Made by a program: the position numbers and the translations under genes
The notes under the pieces: model-generated
What the model saw: the letters and a program-made list of their open reading frames with translations, nothing else
Told to the model about the DNA's origin: nothing
Databases searched by the model: none
Assembly (NCBI RefSeq): GCF_009914755.1
Contig: NC_060941.1
Strand: one strand, 5' to 3'
Length of the DNA stretch: 64,000 bases
Origin: the human T2T-CHM13v2.0 reference genome, Homo sapiens
Shown here: positions 49,232 through 63,702 of the stretch, piece by piece
How the letters are laid out: every line of letters begins with the position of its first letter
Numbering within the stretch: position 1 is the stretch's first letter

Positions 49232-50296
49232 TAAATAGAGATGGGATTTCACTGTGTTAGCCACGATGGTCTTGATCTCCTGACCTCAAGATCTGCCGGC
49301 CTCGGCCTCCCAAAGTGCTGGGATTACAGGCGTGAGCCACCACGTCCCTCCCTGAGAAAGGATTTTTTGCTTTGCTCCTCTGATCCCTTGATCTTCATGT
49401 GCATGGGGCAGCTCTTAGAGGTGTGCACGCAGGGCTTTCTTGGTGTGGGTGTTTCTGCGGGGACCCACTTGGGGGCTTCTGCTCCCCTTCTGTGGTTCTG
49501 GGTGTGTGGACAGGCTGCCTCTGGCTGAGATTTGAGCCCCAGCTCCCCCAGCTTCAGACGGGCAACCTTGGGCCGCTAAAGCCTCTGTTTCCTCATCTGT
49601 AGAATGGGGGCAATGACAGTCCCCCTCTTTTAGGATGACAACTGCGAGTGTACAGCTCAGGGCCTGGCTGTCAGTCACCTCCTGACTGATGAAAGTGAGG
49701 ATTGTTCTTCTTCATAATAATGACAGGGCCAGAGCCGCATGGCTCACGTGAGCAGGTGCTGCAGACCCAGACCCTTTCTAGGACACCAAGAGGCTATCAG
49801 GAAACAGACCCTGGTGTCTGGGAGACCCACTTTCTCTCTCTACATTAGGCTGGGTGCCCACTGCTGTGCCTCTGGAAGAACAGGCTTGTGTGTGCACATG
49901 CGTGCAAGCCAGGACACGTTCGTCTTTTTATGTACATGTTCACCTATGCATTTCCAGTGTTTGTGCATGAGCGAGGCCACTGTGCTGTACAGCTCCAGGG
50001 ACTTCCGTTTACACAGTGGCCTAAGTAAAGGGCTGTGCACTGAGCAGCGACAGGGGGCTGCCGCTCCTCTGACTGCAGTGTGGATGGCAGCCCTGAGCCT
50101 GTGCATACGCGGGCAGGCCTCTGGGTGCACATCTCACTGCACATGTGTCTGTGTGTCTGGGTGTATGAGTGAGGCTGGGTGTACATGTCTGTGAGAGTGA
50201 GTTCCTGTGTGTGTGTGTGTGTGTGTGTATTTGTGCCTCTGCAGGTGTGTTTCTCTGGGAATGCCTGTTTGTATCTATATCTGTGTTCCCATATGA

Positions 50297-50591
<295 letters not shown>

Positions 50592-50920
50592 TGACCATGG
50601 CTGGTCTCAAGCTCCTGACCTCAGGTGATCCGCCAGCCTTGGCCTCCCAAAGTGCTGAGATTACAGGCGTGAGCCACCGTGCCCAGCCAAGGGATGCTTG
50701 TTTCTTTGAGTGTTTGAAATGCACACGTTTCTCTGTGTGCCTGCTCTTGTGTGTGTGGTTGTACAGCTGTATGGGAGAGAGGGGGAGAGAACAGTGGGCT
50801 TGGGTGCCATGCCCTGTGCTGTGCTGGTCAGCTGTGGCCCTGTGCCAAACCTGGAGCAGCTGCCTTTAGAGGCCAGGAGGGCTACTTCCCGTTTCCTGAG
50901 CACTGTCCCTCTGTCTGCAG

Positions 50921-50986
50921 GAGTGCTGCTGGATATACAGGAGGTTTTCCAGATCAGTGACAACCATGCTGGTTTGCTTCAGACTG
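50921..50986 (+). CDS. SPNS3: SPNS3 coding exon 2 (GVLLDIQEVFQISDNHAGLLQT)
   Basis: Acceptor ccctctgtctgcag|, donor CTG|gtaagg. 66 nt, phase 1-1, frame continuous with exon 1. Confidence 0.96.
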
Positions 50987-51696
50987 GTAAGGAGGAGCCC
51001 TGGCTCTGGAGCCGGGGCCCTGGGTTCATGCTGGGGTGGGCTCTTTCTGTGGGTCATGTTCTGTGCCCAGCTCCAGCCCCACTGGGTCCCCTGGCACAGA
51101 GGGTGGGTGGGGTATGGGCCTGAGGGACAGTCTAGGCAGGAGCAGGAGAGAGCCTGGGCTGGAACAGCCATGGTAGTTTGAGTGTAGGGTGCCGCGGGAG
51201 AGCAGGGGGAGGTGGGGCTGGGAGAGGTCCCTCAGCCTCAGGTCCTCGCTGTGGAGCTGGCCATTCCTTCCCTTCGTGTTGGTGAGGCTCAGCGGTGCAC
51301 CAGAGGCTTGCTGGGCTTTGAGAAATCCTGATGTGTGCTTTCCTCTCACAGAACTGAAAAATCTGACTACTGGGACACACAAAGTCAAACAGACAGACAC
51401 AGACAGGCACATCCCCCCACATGGGCTCAGATGGACTCTGGGCCCACAGACAGCCTGACACCCAGCAGCAGGGAGCAGCCACACGTCCCATCGCAACATC
51501 AGAGCGGTTGGGGTCATGAGGCGTTAGCTTTTCCCTTGTGGGTGCCTGGATGGTGACACACACCCACAGTGTGCATATCCACACACCCACATGTGCACAC
51601 ACATGGTCACAACACGTGATACGCCTGTGCACACACCCAGGCTGTAACCAGCAGGCACCGAGGGTCCTCACAGTCCATCATCTCAGGGCTTTAGAA

Positions 51697-52679
51697 CATG
51701 GCTCTTAAACCGGGGTACAGGGATCCCTGGGGATACACAGTCACTTTCCAGGGGTTACATGAACACAGAGAGTTTTGAGAGACTGATTTATTTCTAGATT
51801 CTCAAGCCTGTATGTTTTTTTCCTAAAATGACCTGCCTGAGGGGGAGCCTGTGGTCGGCCTGTGGTTCTCCTTCCTCTCCTTCCATTGTACAATTCCCTG
51901 TCTACCATGGTAAACAGAAAGGGACTCCTCTCCGCATCCTGGATGTGCTGCTCCTGGGTGTAAAAACCTCTGGGGTATCAAACAGAGGCCCCTGCGTGGA
52001 TGCTCGGCTTTTCCCAGGGGGACCTTGGGAGCAAAGCAGAGAGCATCAAGAGAAACGTGCTGGGGAGATTTGCCCCAGGCTACAAGCGCAGGCAAGGAGC
52101 CAAGCCTTATCTAGCTGTTCCCGTGTGCAGTGTCTACTATTTATCTACAAATTAGAATTCAAAGTGAGATAGCGGTCTCAGGGATGCATGTCAACACATT
52201 TCTTTCAATGAAAGAAAATGAAGCCAACATTTTTCTTATAATCAGTTTGACGTCTAATTGCTTTGGCAAAAGAGGACAGGCATTATTACTTAGATTCTAC
52301 TGTAGACATTTCCCATAAACTGAATAAACTCAACCCTGTAGCTCCAAGAGTTTGGATGAAAATACAGTTTAAAAAAATACACAACAACGCTGGAAATCCC
52401 ATCCTTGGCAACGATTCAAACTTGGGATAAGAACATTTTAATGTTAGCTGAAAATGTGTGGAGGAGTACATAGTTCTAGAAACTTCTTTAAGAGTGACAT
52501 GAGAGCCAGGTGCAGTGGCTCACGCCTGTAATCCCAGCTCTTAGGGAGGCAGAGGCGGGAGAATAGCTTGAGCCCAGGAGTTCGAGACCTGCTTGGGCAA
52601 TATAGTGAGACCCTATTCTCCACAGAAAGGAAAAAAAAAAGACAAAAGAGTTACGTGAGCAACAGTTAGAAGATCATGG
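51697..52679. mobile_element. hAT-Charlie-type DNA transposon remnant (host of the BC200 copy)
   Basis: 8-bp direct repeat CTTTAGAA at 51689-51696 and 52680-52687 (hAT NTCTAGAN-like TSD). Degenerate TIRs CATGGCTCTTAAAC ... GTTAGAAGATCATGG. Confidence 0.6.
52504..52645 (+). pseudogene. BC200 (BCYRN1) RNA retropseudogene, lacking the unique 3' domain
   Basis: Monomeric Alu-like body with BC200-diagnostic words (CCCAGCTCTTAGGGAGG, ATAGCTTGAGCCCAGG, GAGACCTGCTTGGGCAATATAG, TTCTCCACAGAAAGGAAAAAAAAAAGACAAAA). TSD AAGAGTGACATGAG (52490-52503) / AAGAGTTACGTGAG (52646-52659). Confidence 0.85.
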
Positions 52680-53244
52680 CTTTAGAACATGCATGGTTTC
52701 CAATTGCCCCTCAATCTTGTGGCCAAGAGACAGCAGCTGATGCTGATCTTCCAGCCATATCTGTGGCCAAAGTGAGACCATCTTGGTTCAACACCCACAA
52801 CCTTCTCGATTAAATAGATAATGGTGGTTTAGTCAACATTTCCCTTCACTGGTTCTTTTTTTTTCCTTTTTTTCTTGAGACGGAGTTTTGCTCTTATTGC
52901 TCAGGCTGGAGTGCAATGGCATGATCTCGGCTCACTGCAACCTCTGACTCCTGGGTTCAAGTGATTCTCCTGCCTCAGCCTCCCAAGTAGCTGGAATTAC
53001 AGGCACCTGCCATCATGCCAGGCTGATTTTTGTACTTTTAATAGAGATGGTGGGGGTGTGTTGGGGGGGGTCTCACCATGTTGGCCAGGCTGGTCTCGAA
53101 CTCCTGACCTCAAGTGGTCCACCAGCCTTGACCTCCCAAAGTGTTGAGATTACAGACGTGAGCCACCACACTGGCCCTTACCATAGTATGGTTCTTACCG
53201 TAGTGGTCAAGATTATTACTACAAGTCCTGGGCCACGGAGGGAG

Positions 53245-53246
<2 letters not shown>

Positions 53247-53294
<48 letters not shown>
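53247..53294. repeat. (GT)24 microsatellite, SPNS3 intron 2
   Basis: Perfect dinucleotide run of 48 nt. Confidence 0.95.
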
Positions 53295-53297
<3 letters not shown>

Positions 53298-53430
53298 GCA
53301 GTAGGTGAAGAGAAAGGTCATCTTTGCAGAAGCAGCTCAAAAATTTCATGAAAGGACAGTGGGCTTAGAGGCCTGATGACCAGGCTGGTCTCTGGTGGCC
53401 TCAGGTGAGTCTCTTTACCTTTTCCGGTTA

Positions 53431-53805
<375 letters not shown>

Positions 53806-53924
53806 TCAAAAAAAAAACAAAAAAAGAGAAGAGGAGTGGAAAGTGAGAAGAGGCAGTGGTCAGGCTCCCTCCAGCCACCCATGGGATAGAGAAGCTGCTG
53901 GAGTGAGTTCATTAATTAATAATA

Positions 53925-54142
53925 TTTAAAACTAACACTGACTTGGCCCTTACCACATGTCAGGCACGATTCTAAGTGCTTTAAATATCAACTTATTTAA
54001 TCTTCACGACAATCCCACCAGGCAGGTTTTACTATTATGTCCATTTTACAGATGATGAAACTGAGGCTCAGAGAAGTTATGAGACTTGCTGAAGCTGGGA
54101 TTTGAATCCAGGAAGTGTGCCTCCAGAGTCTGTCTTTTAACT
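53925..54142 (-). mobile_element. MIR element (one of several; others near 1505, 7310, 38820, 40085, 49530, 54800, 57630, 58450, 60340)
   Basis: MIR core CCATTTTACAGATGATGAAACTGAGGCTCAGAGAAGTTA...GGGATTTGAATCCAGG. Confidence 0.8.
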
Positions 54143-54278
54143 CTGGGAGCATTCATTTCACCCACTGTGTCACAGAAATGATTTGAATTAGGAGACCTTG
54201 GGAATGAGGAGTGTCTGTTTTCCCCTTGGGAAGGGCATCTGCAGATTCACAGAGCGTCTGCAGGTTTAAGGCACTTAA

Positions 54279-54672
<394 letters not shown>

Positions 54673-55435
54673 TAAAGAAGATATGCATAAACAAGATATG
54701 AAATAACACTTGCCCCTCCAGAAGGTTAATAAATTTGACTACAAAGCTAAACACTTCCGTATGATGGTGATTGAAATTATGCAATCAGTAATAATAATAG
54801 ATAACATTTATTGGACATTTACATGAAGCTATGCAGATAACTTTTATGTGCTTTATTTTACTTAATTCTCTCAGTAACCAAACAAGGGAATAGCACTGTT
54901 GATGAAAGGGGAACACGAAGAGTTAAGGAATCTACCAAAGGTCACATAGCTAGAAAGTGGCGAGCCAGGATTTAAACCCAGCCAACTTAGTCCCAGAAGT
55001 TGCGTTTCTAATTCTTAAAACAAATATAAAAGACTATGGGAACTTATTTCCAAAACATATTAACAAACAACAGCCCAATAGAAAAATGGACAGTGGGCCG
55101 GGCACAGTGGCCCACGCCTGTAACCCCAGCACTTTAGGAGGCCAAGGTGGGCGGATCCCTTGAGCCCAGGAGTTCGAGACCAGCCTGCACAAGATGGTGA
55201 AACCCCGTCTGTGCAAAAACTACAAAAATTAGCCAGGTGTGGTGGTACTTGCCTGTAGTCTCAACTACTCTGGAGGCTGAGATGGGAGGATGGCTTGAGG
55301 CCAGGAGGCAGAGGCTGCAGGGAGCTGAGATTGAACCACTGCACTCCAGCCTGGGTGACAGAGCGAGACTTTGTCTCAAAAAGTAAAATAAAAGTATAAA
55401 TGCAGCTGTGTCCAGGGAACATTTTACCTATGTAG

Positions 55436-55678
<243 letters not shown>

Positions 55679-56308
55679 TAGTAGAGATGGGGTTTCACTA
55701 TGTTGCCCAGGCTGGTCTTAAACTCCTGAGCTCAGGCAATCTGCCCGCCTCAGCCTCCCAAAGTGCTGGGATTACAGGCGTGAGCCACCGCGCCCGGCCC
55801 AGTGTGCTCATTCTAAAGCGTCCTCATCTGCTGCTCAGAGTAGGCCCAGGCTGACTTCCCTCTTTCCCTGCTCCCCGTTGCCCCAGTAGGTGCATGAATG
55901 AAAAATCAGACCTGTCCCCATATCCAGGCTCACGGGGGTCATGTGTGTTTGTAAAGCCGGGAAACTGGCATCTGCTCCATGCCTGACGCTCCGCATTCAG
56001 TTCCCATCTCACCTTCACCATCCTGGGAGAGGATGGTGACCTCTCCAGTGTTGGGGTGACACTCAGAGCAAGCGGCAGAGCTGGGCTTTGGGTTTGGGGC
56101 CAGATTGAGGCCTCCACACTCTGGGCTGCGGCTGCATGTTGGCCACGCACTGTGAGGTTCACCTTATCTTTTCTTCCTCATACCCTGGGCCCACTGCCAA
56201 GATGCCAGCTTGTGGCATCTGAGTCAGGCTCCTTCCCTGGGCCTGCTGGGCCATCTGCCCTGCCACGGTCGTGGGGGGATCCAGGCTGCCCCTGTGTGTC
56301 TCCTTCAG

Positions 56309-56445
56309 TCTTCGTTAGCTGCCTGCTGCTGTCTGCACCTGTGTTTGGCTACCTGGGCGACCGACATAGCCGCAAGGCTACCATGAGCTTCGGTATCTTG
56401 CTGTGGTCAGGAGCTGGCCTCTCTAGCTCCTTCATCTCCCCCCGG
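56309..56445 (+). CDS. SPNS3: SPNS3 coding exon 3 (VFVSCLLLSAPVFGYLGDRHSRK...FISPR), contains MFS motif A
   Basis: Acceptor tctccttcag|, donor CGG|gtacgt. 137 nt, phase 1-0. GYLGDRHSRK fits MFS motif A (GxxxDRxxRK). Confidence 0.96.
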
Positions 56446-56580
56446 GTACGTGTCCATGCCCCTGTCCAGGCCCCTGAGGCCCCTTCCCCACCTGCTTCCT
56501 CCCTGATTCAGCCCCGTCAGAGCTGCGTGGGGACAATTCTGCTCCATTCCTGGCTGTGACTGGATCAGGGATTGCACTGA

Positions 56581-56890
<310 letters not shown>

Positions 56891-57324
56891 TGATCCACCC
56901 ACCTCGGCCTCCTAAAGTGCTGGGATTACAGGCGTGAGCCACCATGCCTGGCCAAGCCAGTGGACTTTCTTAACAGGAGGCCCCCTCTCTCCTACCTCTC
57001 ACTGCCGCACCAGCTTCATTTCTGCCCGACTCTGCTGGGGGTGGGGCTGGGGGTAACAGCTGCTGTCTTGGGGAACTGGCCTGGTTAGCAATGGTGGGAC
57101 CCAGGAAAAGGGCTCCCCTGGGCAGGGGGGCAGGTGGTGGCTGCAGGGGACACACGTTTGACTTTGGGAACCTGGAGTGGAGAGGTGTCTGTAGCCCCGA
57201 TCCCCTCTCCCTACTCTGGGGTCCTGTGTCATGAGGTCCCCTTGGCTCCTCCGACAAACCCTCGGGTCCCTGGCCCTATGGGTGATTTCTGGAACTCACC
57301 GTGGTCTTGTGCCTGCTCGCCCAG

Positions 57325-57476
57325 TATTCTTGGCTCTTCTTCCTGTCCCGGGGCATCGTGGGCACTGGCTCGGCCAGCTACTCCACCATCGCGCCCACCG
57401 TCCTGGGCGACCTCTTCGTGAGGGACCAGCGCACCCGCGTGCTGGCTGTCTTCTACATCTTTATCCCCGTTGGAAG
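57325..57476 (+). CDS. SPNS3: SPNS3 coding exon 4 ([31 protein letters not shown]...IPVG)
   Basis: Acceptor ctcgcccag|, donor AAG|gttggt. 152 nt, phase 0-2. Carries the Spinster signature [17 protein letters not shown]. Confidence 0.96.
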
Positions 57477-58172
57477 GTTGGTATCACCCGTGGGTCTACT
57501 TCCCCAGGTGGTAAACTGAGGCCCAAAGGAGTCAGAACAGGGGCTGGACCTGGGTAGGAGAGGTCAAACCAGGAGGGCTGGGATTTGAGTCCCAATGCTA
57601 CCCCTCCCTCACCATGTGAGTCTACCTCTCCTAGCCTCAGTTTCCTCATCTGTAAACGGGGGCAGTGACACCAGCTGATGGGCTTGGGGAGGAATAGAGG
57701 TGATGAGGATGTGCCGTATAGATTCACACACTCGGCAGTGTGGCCCACCCAGGGAAGGGCCGGCTATGGGAGGTAAGGTGAGGAAGCGTGTTAGGGCCAG
57801 GCCCTGCACCCCACAACAGGCTAGGCCAGAGCAGGATTTGCAATCAGGACCCTGGCCTCTGACCCAGGTTTCCTGAACTTGCCTGACTCAAGCAGGGCCC
57901 AGCCTTGGGCAGGAGGGTGTAGGGTATGTGTTTCCATAGGTGGAGAGAGTGGCGCTGGGGGTGGGCCAGGAGCCAGAGGTCACTGGTGACCTGACCGAGG
58001 GCAGTGGACATCTGGGCCTCACGTGGCTTACTTTCCTCAGTGAAACAGGTCTGAGCCTGCAGAGAGCCAGCTCCCTGGGGCGTGGGGGGGGCACCCTGGG
58101 TCAGGCTGGTGGTGGGGTCTGCCTTCCGCCTCCCTCCCCTCACAGCCCATCGCCCCTGCCCCTCTGTTGCAG

Positions 58173-58239
58173 TGGTCTGGGCTACGTGCTGGGGTCGGCT
58201 GTGACGATGCTGACTGGGAACTGGCGCTGGGCCCTCCGA
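58173..58239 (+). CDS. SPNS3: SPNS3 coding exon 5 (SGLGYVLGSAVTMLTGNWRWALR)
   Basis: Acceptor ctctgttgcag|, donor CGA|gtgagt. 67 nt, phase 2-0. WRW motif typical of the start of MFS TM6. Confidence 0.95.
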
Positions 58240-59429
58240 GTGAGTCCAGCTTCCTTTTCTTCCCTCTGCTTTCCCTCTGGACCGGCAGGGACTTTCCAGC
58301 CTTGGGTGACCTTAGCCACTTGGCGTAGCACCCGGCGCCATTAGGGGGGCGGGGGGGTGGTCAGGCATCGGCAGCTTTGGACATGTCGGGCCTCATAGGG
58401 AGCATGGGGTGTGGAAGTGGTGGCCGTGGGCTCAAAAGCTGGCTGCTTAGTTTACCAGCTGTGTGATCTCAAGCAGATCACCTTCTTCTTCAGAGCCTCA
58501 GTTTGCCTGTCGGTAAAGCGGGGGTACTAAATGCTACCTAAGGCATCTTGAGGATCAGTGAGATGAGAGATGGAAGTTCCAAGCCGCAGGGTCAGGGTGT
58601 AGAGTAGGCCCTTGAGGACTGGCAGCTAGGCTTGCTCAGCAGTTGAGCAGAATGCTCAAGAAGATGCCGGGCAGGCCCCGCTGGGGCTCCAGCCCTTGTG
58701 TTTCCAACGTGGGCATGGAGAGGGACCATTCTGAAGAGGAAGGAACTCCATAGTGGAGGGTGCTGAGCTCAGCCCTGGGAGTGCAGCTTGGTGGGAATGC
58801 AGGCTGCGCGCAGACCACTGTGGAGCCAGCCCAGTGCCGGGGAGCTGGCGTGTGAAGTGCTGAAGCCAGATTTGGAATTTTGGGGGTGGGGTGGGCTTCA
58901 AGGAGGCAGGTCTGACCTGGCTTGAATAAACCTTCTCATGGTCTCAGCTGTTTGAAGGCTGCCCCAAGGTGGGTAGTGAGATCCCCGTCCTTGGGGTTTG
59001 AGCAGAGGGGCCGCTAGGAGAGGATGCCAGGGCAGGACTGTGTGGCAGATGGAGGCCTGGGCCAGGGAAAGATCAGCTCTAGGACAGCAAGTACTCAGGA
59101 GGCAGGGCCAGTGTAGCGAGGGTCCCTGTTCTCAACCGTCTCAGGCCCACTGACCTCAAAAGACTGGTGTCTGTACTGGAAAGACGGGAATTACATGAAG
59201 TCCCAAAGAGTCTCCACTCCCTGGAAAGGCTGCAGTGGTGAGGGCTGAGAAACAGTGGTACATCCTGCTCTGTGGATACCAGCATCCAGGAATCAGGTCA
59301 CCCCCACTACCCCCAGGGCTTGGACACCAGAGGTCAGCCACTGGCTGATACTGTGGCCAGTTGCCCCCGGGGGTCTCTTGGGCTGTGATAATATGCGGCC
59401 CTGAGCTTCCTGGGCCCTCCTGTCCCCAG

Positions 59430-59578
59430 GTCATGCCCTGCCTGGAGGCCGTGGCCTTGATCCTGCTTATCCTGCTGGTTCCAGACCCACCCCGGGGAGC
59501 TGCCGAGACACAGGGGGAGGGGGCCGTGGGAGGCTTCAGAAGCAGCTGGTGTGAGGACGTCAGATACCTGGGGAAAAA
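59430..59578 (+). CDS. SPNS3: SPNS3 coding exon 6 (VMPCLEAVALILLILLVPDPPRGAAE...YLGK)
   Basis: Acceptor tcctgtccccag|, donor AAA|gtgagt. 149 nt, phase 0-2. Spinster PxRG central-loop motif. Confidence 0.95.
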
Positions 59579-60509
59579 GTGAGTATCCCTGCTACCCCCT
59601 GCAAGGCACAGAAAAGCCCATTTGTCTGCCCCAGCATCATTGACCCCCTCTCTCCACCTCCAGGGAGCCCTCCCTGGTTGTCCCAGTGTTCACAGCCCTC
59701 CTCTTCCTCTGAGATCGCACTTACCAACTGAAGTGCCTCTCCCTCCCTTAGGGCTCAGCCTCCATCTCCTTGCCATGTGACAGAAATATGGACAGAGTGG
59801 GAGGGAGATGGCGTGAGCCCCAGCCTTCCCTCTGCCCTGCCCATAAGTGGCTCCAGCACTCAGAGCCTCAACGTCCTTTGTATTCAATGGATGGAATTCT
59901 CCAGCCTTGCCCCCTTCTCCGGGTTGCTGGGAGGATGCTGGGAATTCATCACTCACCTCTCCAAGCCTCATGGCGTGCATGATCCTCTGTGCCAGCCATG
60001 CTGGGGGAGGCAGGCAGGAGTCAATTGCTGGTCCCAGGCCTCATGATTCACTGCAAGGCAGGGCATGGACAGGATTCAATTCTGTTACTGAGCTGTGAAA
60101 CTGGTCGGGAGGACTCAGAGGAAGACAGGGCAGGCAGGGACAGCTTCCTGGAGAATGTGATGCTGGATGGGGGCCTCCCAGGATGGGGAGATTTGGTCCT
60201 GCAGAGAGGAGGGAGGAGGAGGCAAGGTGTGTGAGTTGGGGGGGTCTCAGAAATGTTGGGGAGGCTGGAGCTCAGGGTGCTGCCAGGAAGGATCTGGAGG
60301 CTGGAGCTTGGGGTAACCTGAGTGTCTTCTTCTTCGGAGCCTCAGTTTGCCTATCTGTAAAGAGGGGGTAGCAAATGCTACCTATGGAATCTTGAAGGTA
60401 ATGAGACAAGATGGGAAAGTTCCTAGACTGCCCAGGAGTGGGGAGGAGTGGACAGGCCCCTTCAGCCCCAGCCCTCTCCCAACTCCAGCTGGGGCACCTC
60501 GTCTTGCAG

Positions 60510-60662
60510 CTGGAGTTTTGTGTGGTCGACCCTCGGAGTGACCGCCATGGCCTTTGTGACTGGAGCCCTGGGGTTCTGGGCCCCCAAGTTTCTGCTCGAG
60601 GCACGCGTGGTTCACGGGCTGCAGCCTCCCTGCTTCCAGGAGCCGTGCAGCAACCCCGACAG
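60510..60662 (+). CDS. SPNS3: SPNS3 coding exon 7 (NWSFVWSTLGVTAMAFVTGALGFWAPKFL...CSNPD); gene continues beyond the window
   Basis: Acceptor tcgtcttgcag|, donor CAG|gtgagg. 153 nt, phase 2-2. No further exon recognised before 64000. Confidence 0.95.
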
Positions 60663-61492
60663 GTGAGGGCATCCGGGGGCCCTGGGCACCTGGCCCGGCT
60701 CGGGGGCTCTTGCTGAGGAAGTTCTGAGGTTCTGAGCTCCAAAATTCAGTTTCTTGGGGTGGGGCATTTGGTGCTGTGGGAAGACAGTGGAGCTCAGGAC
60801 CCAGATGGCAGCAGGAGGCCTGGCTCTGGCTCTGGCTGAGCCTCTGCCACTCTGGGTGGCCATGGCCAGCTCTCTTGTCCTCTCTGGGCTGAATTCCCCA
60901 TATCTCCACTCTTGGGGCTGCTGTGGGCTCCAGAAGGCACTGGTTGGAAATGGGGGTGAGGCTTCTGTGGGGCTGTGGGATGAGAGGAGCCTTAGGCAGC
61001 CACCCTTTAGAGGGGCCTGTAGCGTCTTCTGTGAGGGCATCCCATTTTACAGATGGCAAACTGGGGCCTGGGAGGCCTTGTTACTTCGCTGGTTTTGGGA
61101 TTTCACGTGTGTGGGAAGGCTGCCGGGAGGGGAGGCGCGGGCACTCTGCCCTCAGGGCACGCCCTCTCCCGCTTCCTGCCTGGCTGTCTGCTGCCCGGCT
61201 GGGCTCCACTTCTGTTCCTATCGCCTTTGACCCTGTTCTCCAAGAGCTCCAGTGACCACTTGATGCTGAGTCAAGGACATCCTTCAATCCTCCCTTCCTT
61301 CTCTCCTCCTCCTCCTGGAACCCTTCACCCCGGCCTCCTCCCTGCCTCCAGGGGCTGCTCTCCAGCCTCCTTGCAGTCCCCTCCTCCTCTCTGACCCTGT
61401 CCTGGTGGGTCCTGGGGGCTCCTGGGGATGCTATCTTCTTCCCTGGAGCTCCATCCTCCCCCAGGGTTTTGGCGACACTCGTCCTCTGCTGA

Positions 61493-62230
<738 letters not shown>

Positions 62231-62376
62231 TGATGCTGGGAAGGCCCTGTGTGGATGGAGGGAACATGAAGGGCTTGGTAGCTGGGGCATGTCCTCTGGC
62301 TGCCCCTCCTGCTTAGGGGCTGGCGGGGGTGCCTTTTCAGGCAGCCTGTCTAAATAATCAATCCTAAGTCTCATGA

Positions 62377-63073
<697 letters not shown>

Positions 63074-63372
63074 TGAGTGGGCTGGGATTACAGGTGCCCA
63101 CCACTGTTCCCAGCTAATTTTTGTATTTTTTTTTTTTTTTAGTAGAGACGGGGTTTTGCCGTATCGGCCAGGCTGGTCTTGAATTCCTGACCTCAAGTGA
63201 TCCACCCACCTCGGCCTCCCAAAGTGCTGGGATTACAAGCTTAAGCCACCTTGCCTGGTCCCCTTTGAGCTCCTTTAAAAGGGGGCTGGAGGTTGCACAA
63301 TGGACCAGGAGGGTGAAGATGTATATTCAAATCCTGGTCTGTAATTTACCAGCTGGGTAATCTTGGCCTTGA

Positions 63373-63702
<330 letters not shown>

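Noticed and set aside
58925-58930. AATAAA in intron 5 as an intronic polyadenylation signal
   Set aside because: Isolated hexamer with only a weak downstream GU element; expected by chance and needs 3'-end sequencing.
60382-61059. 225-aa antisense ORF across SPNS3 exon 7
   Set aside because: Stop-poor GC-rich sequence antisense to a real exon, beginning in a MIR remnant; no domain or splice support.
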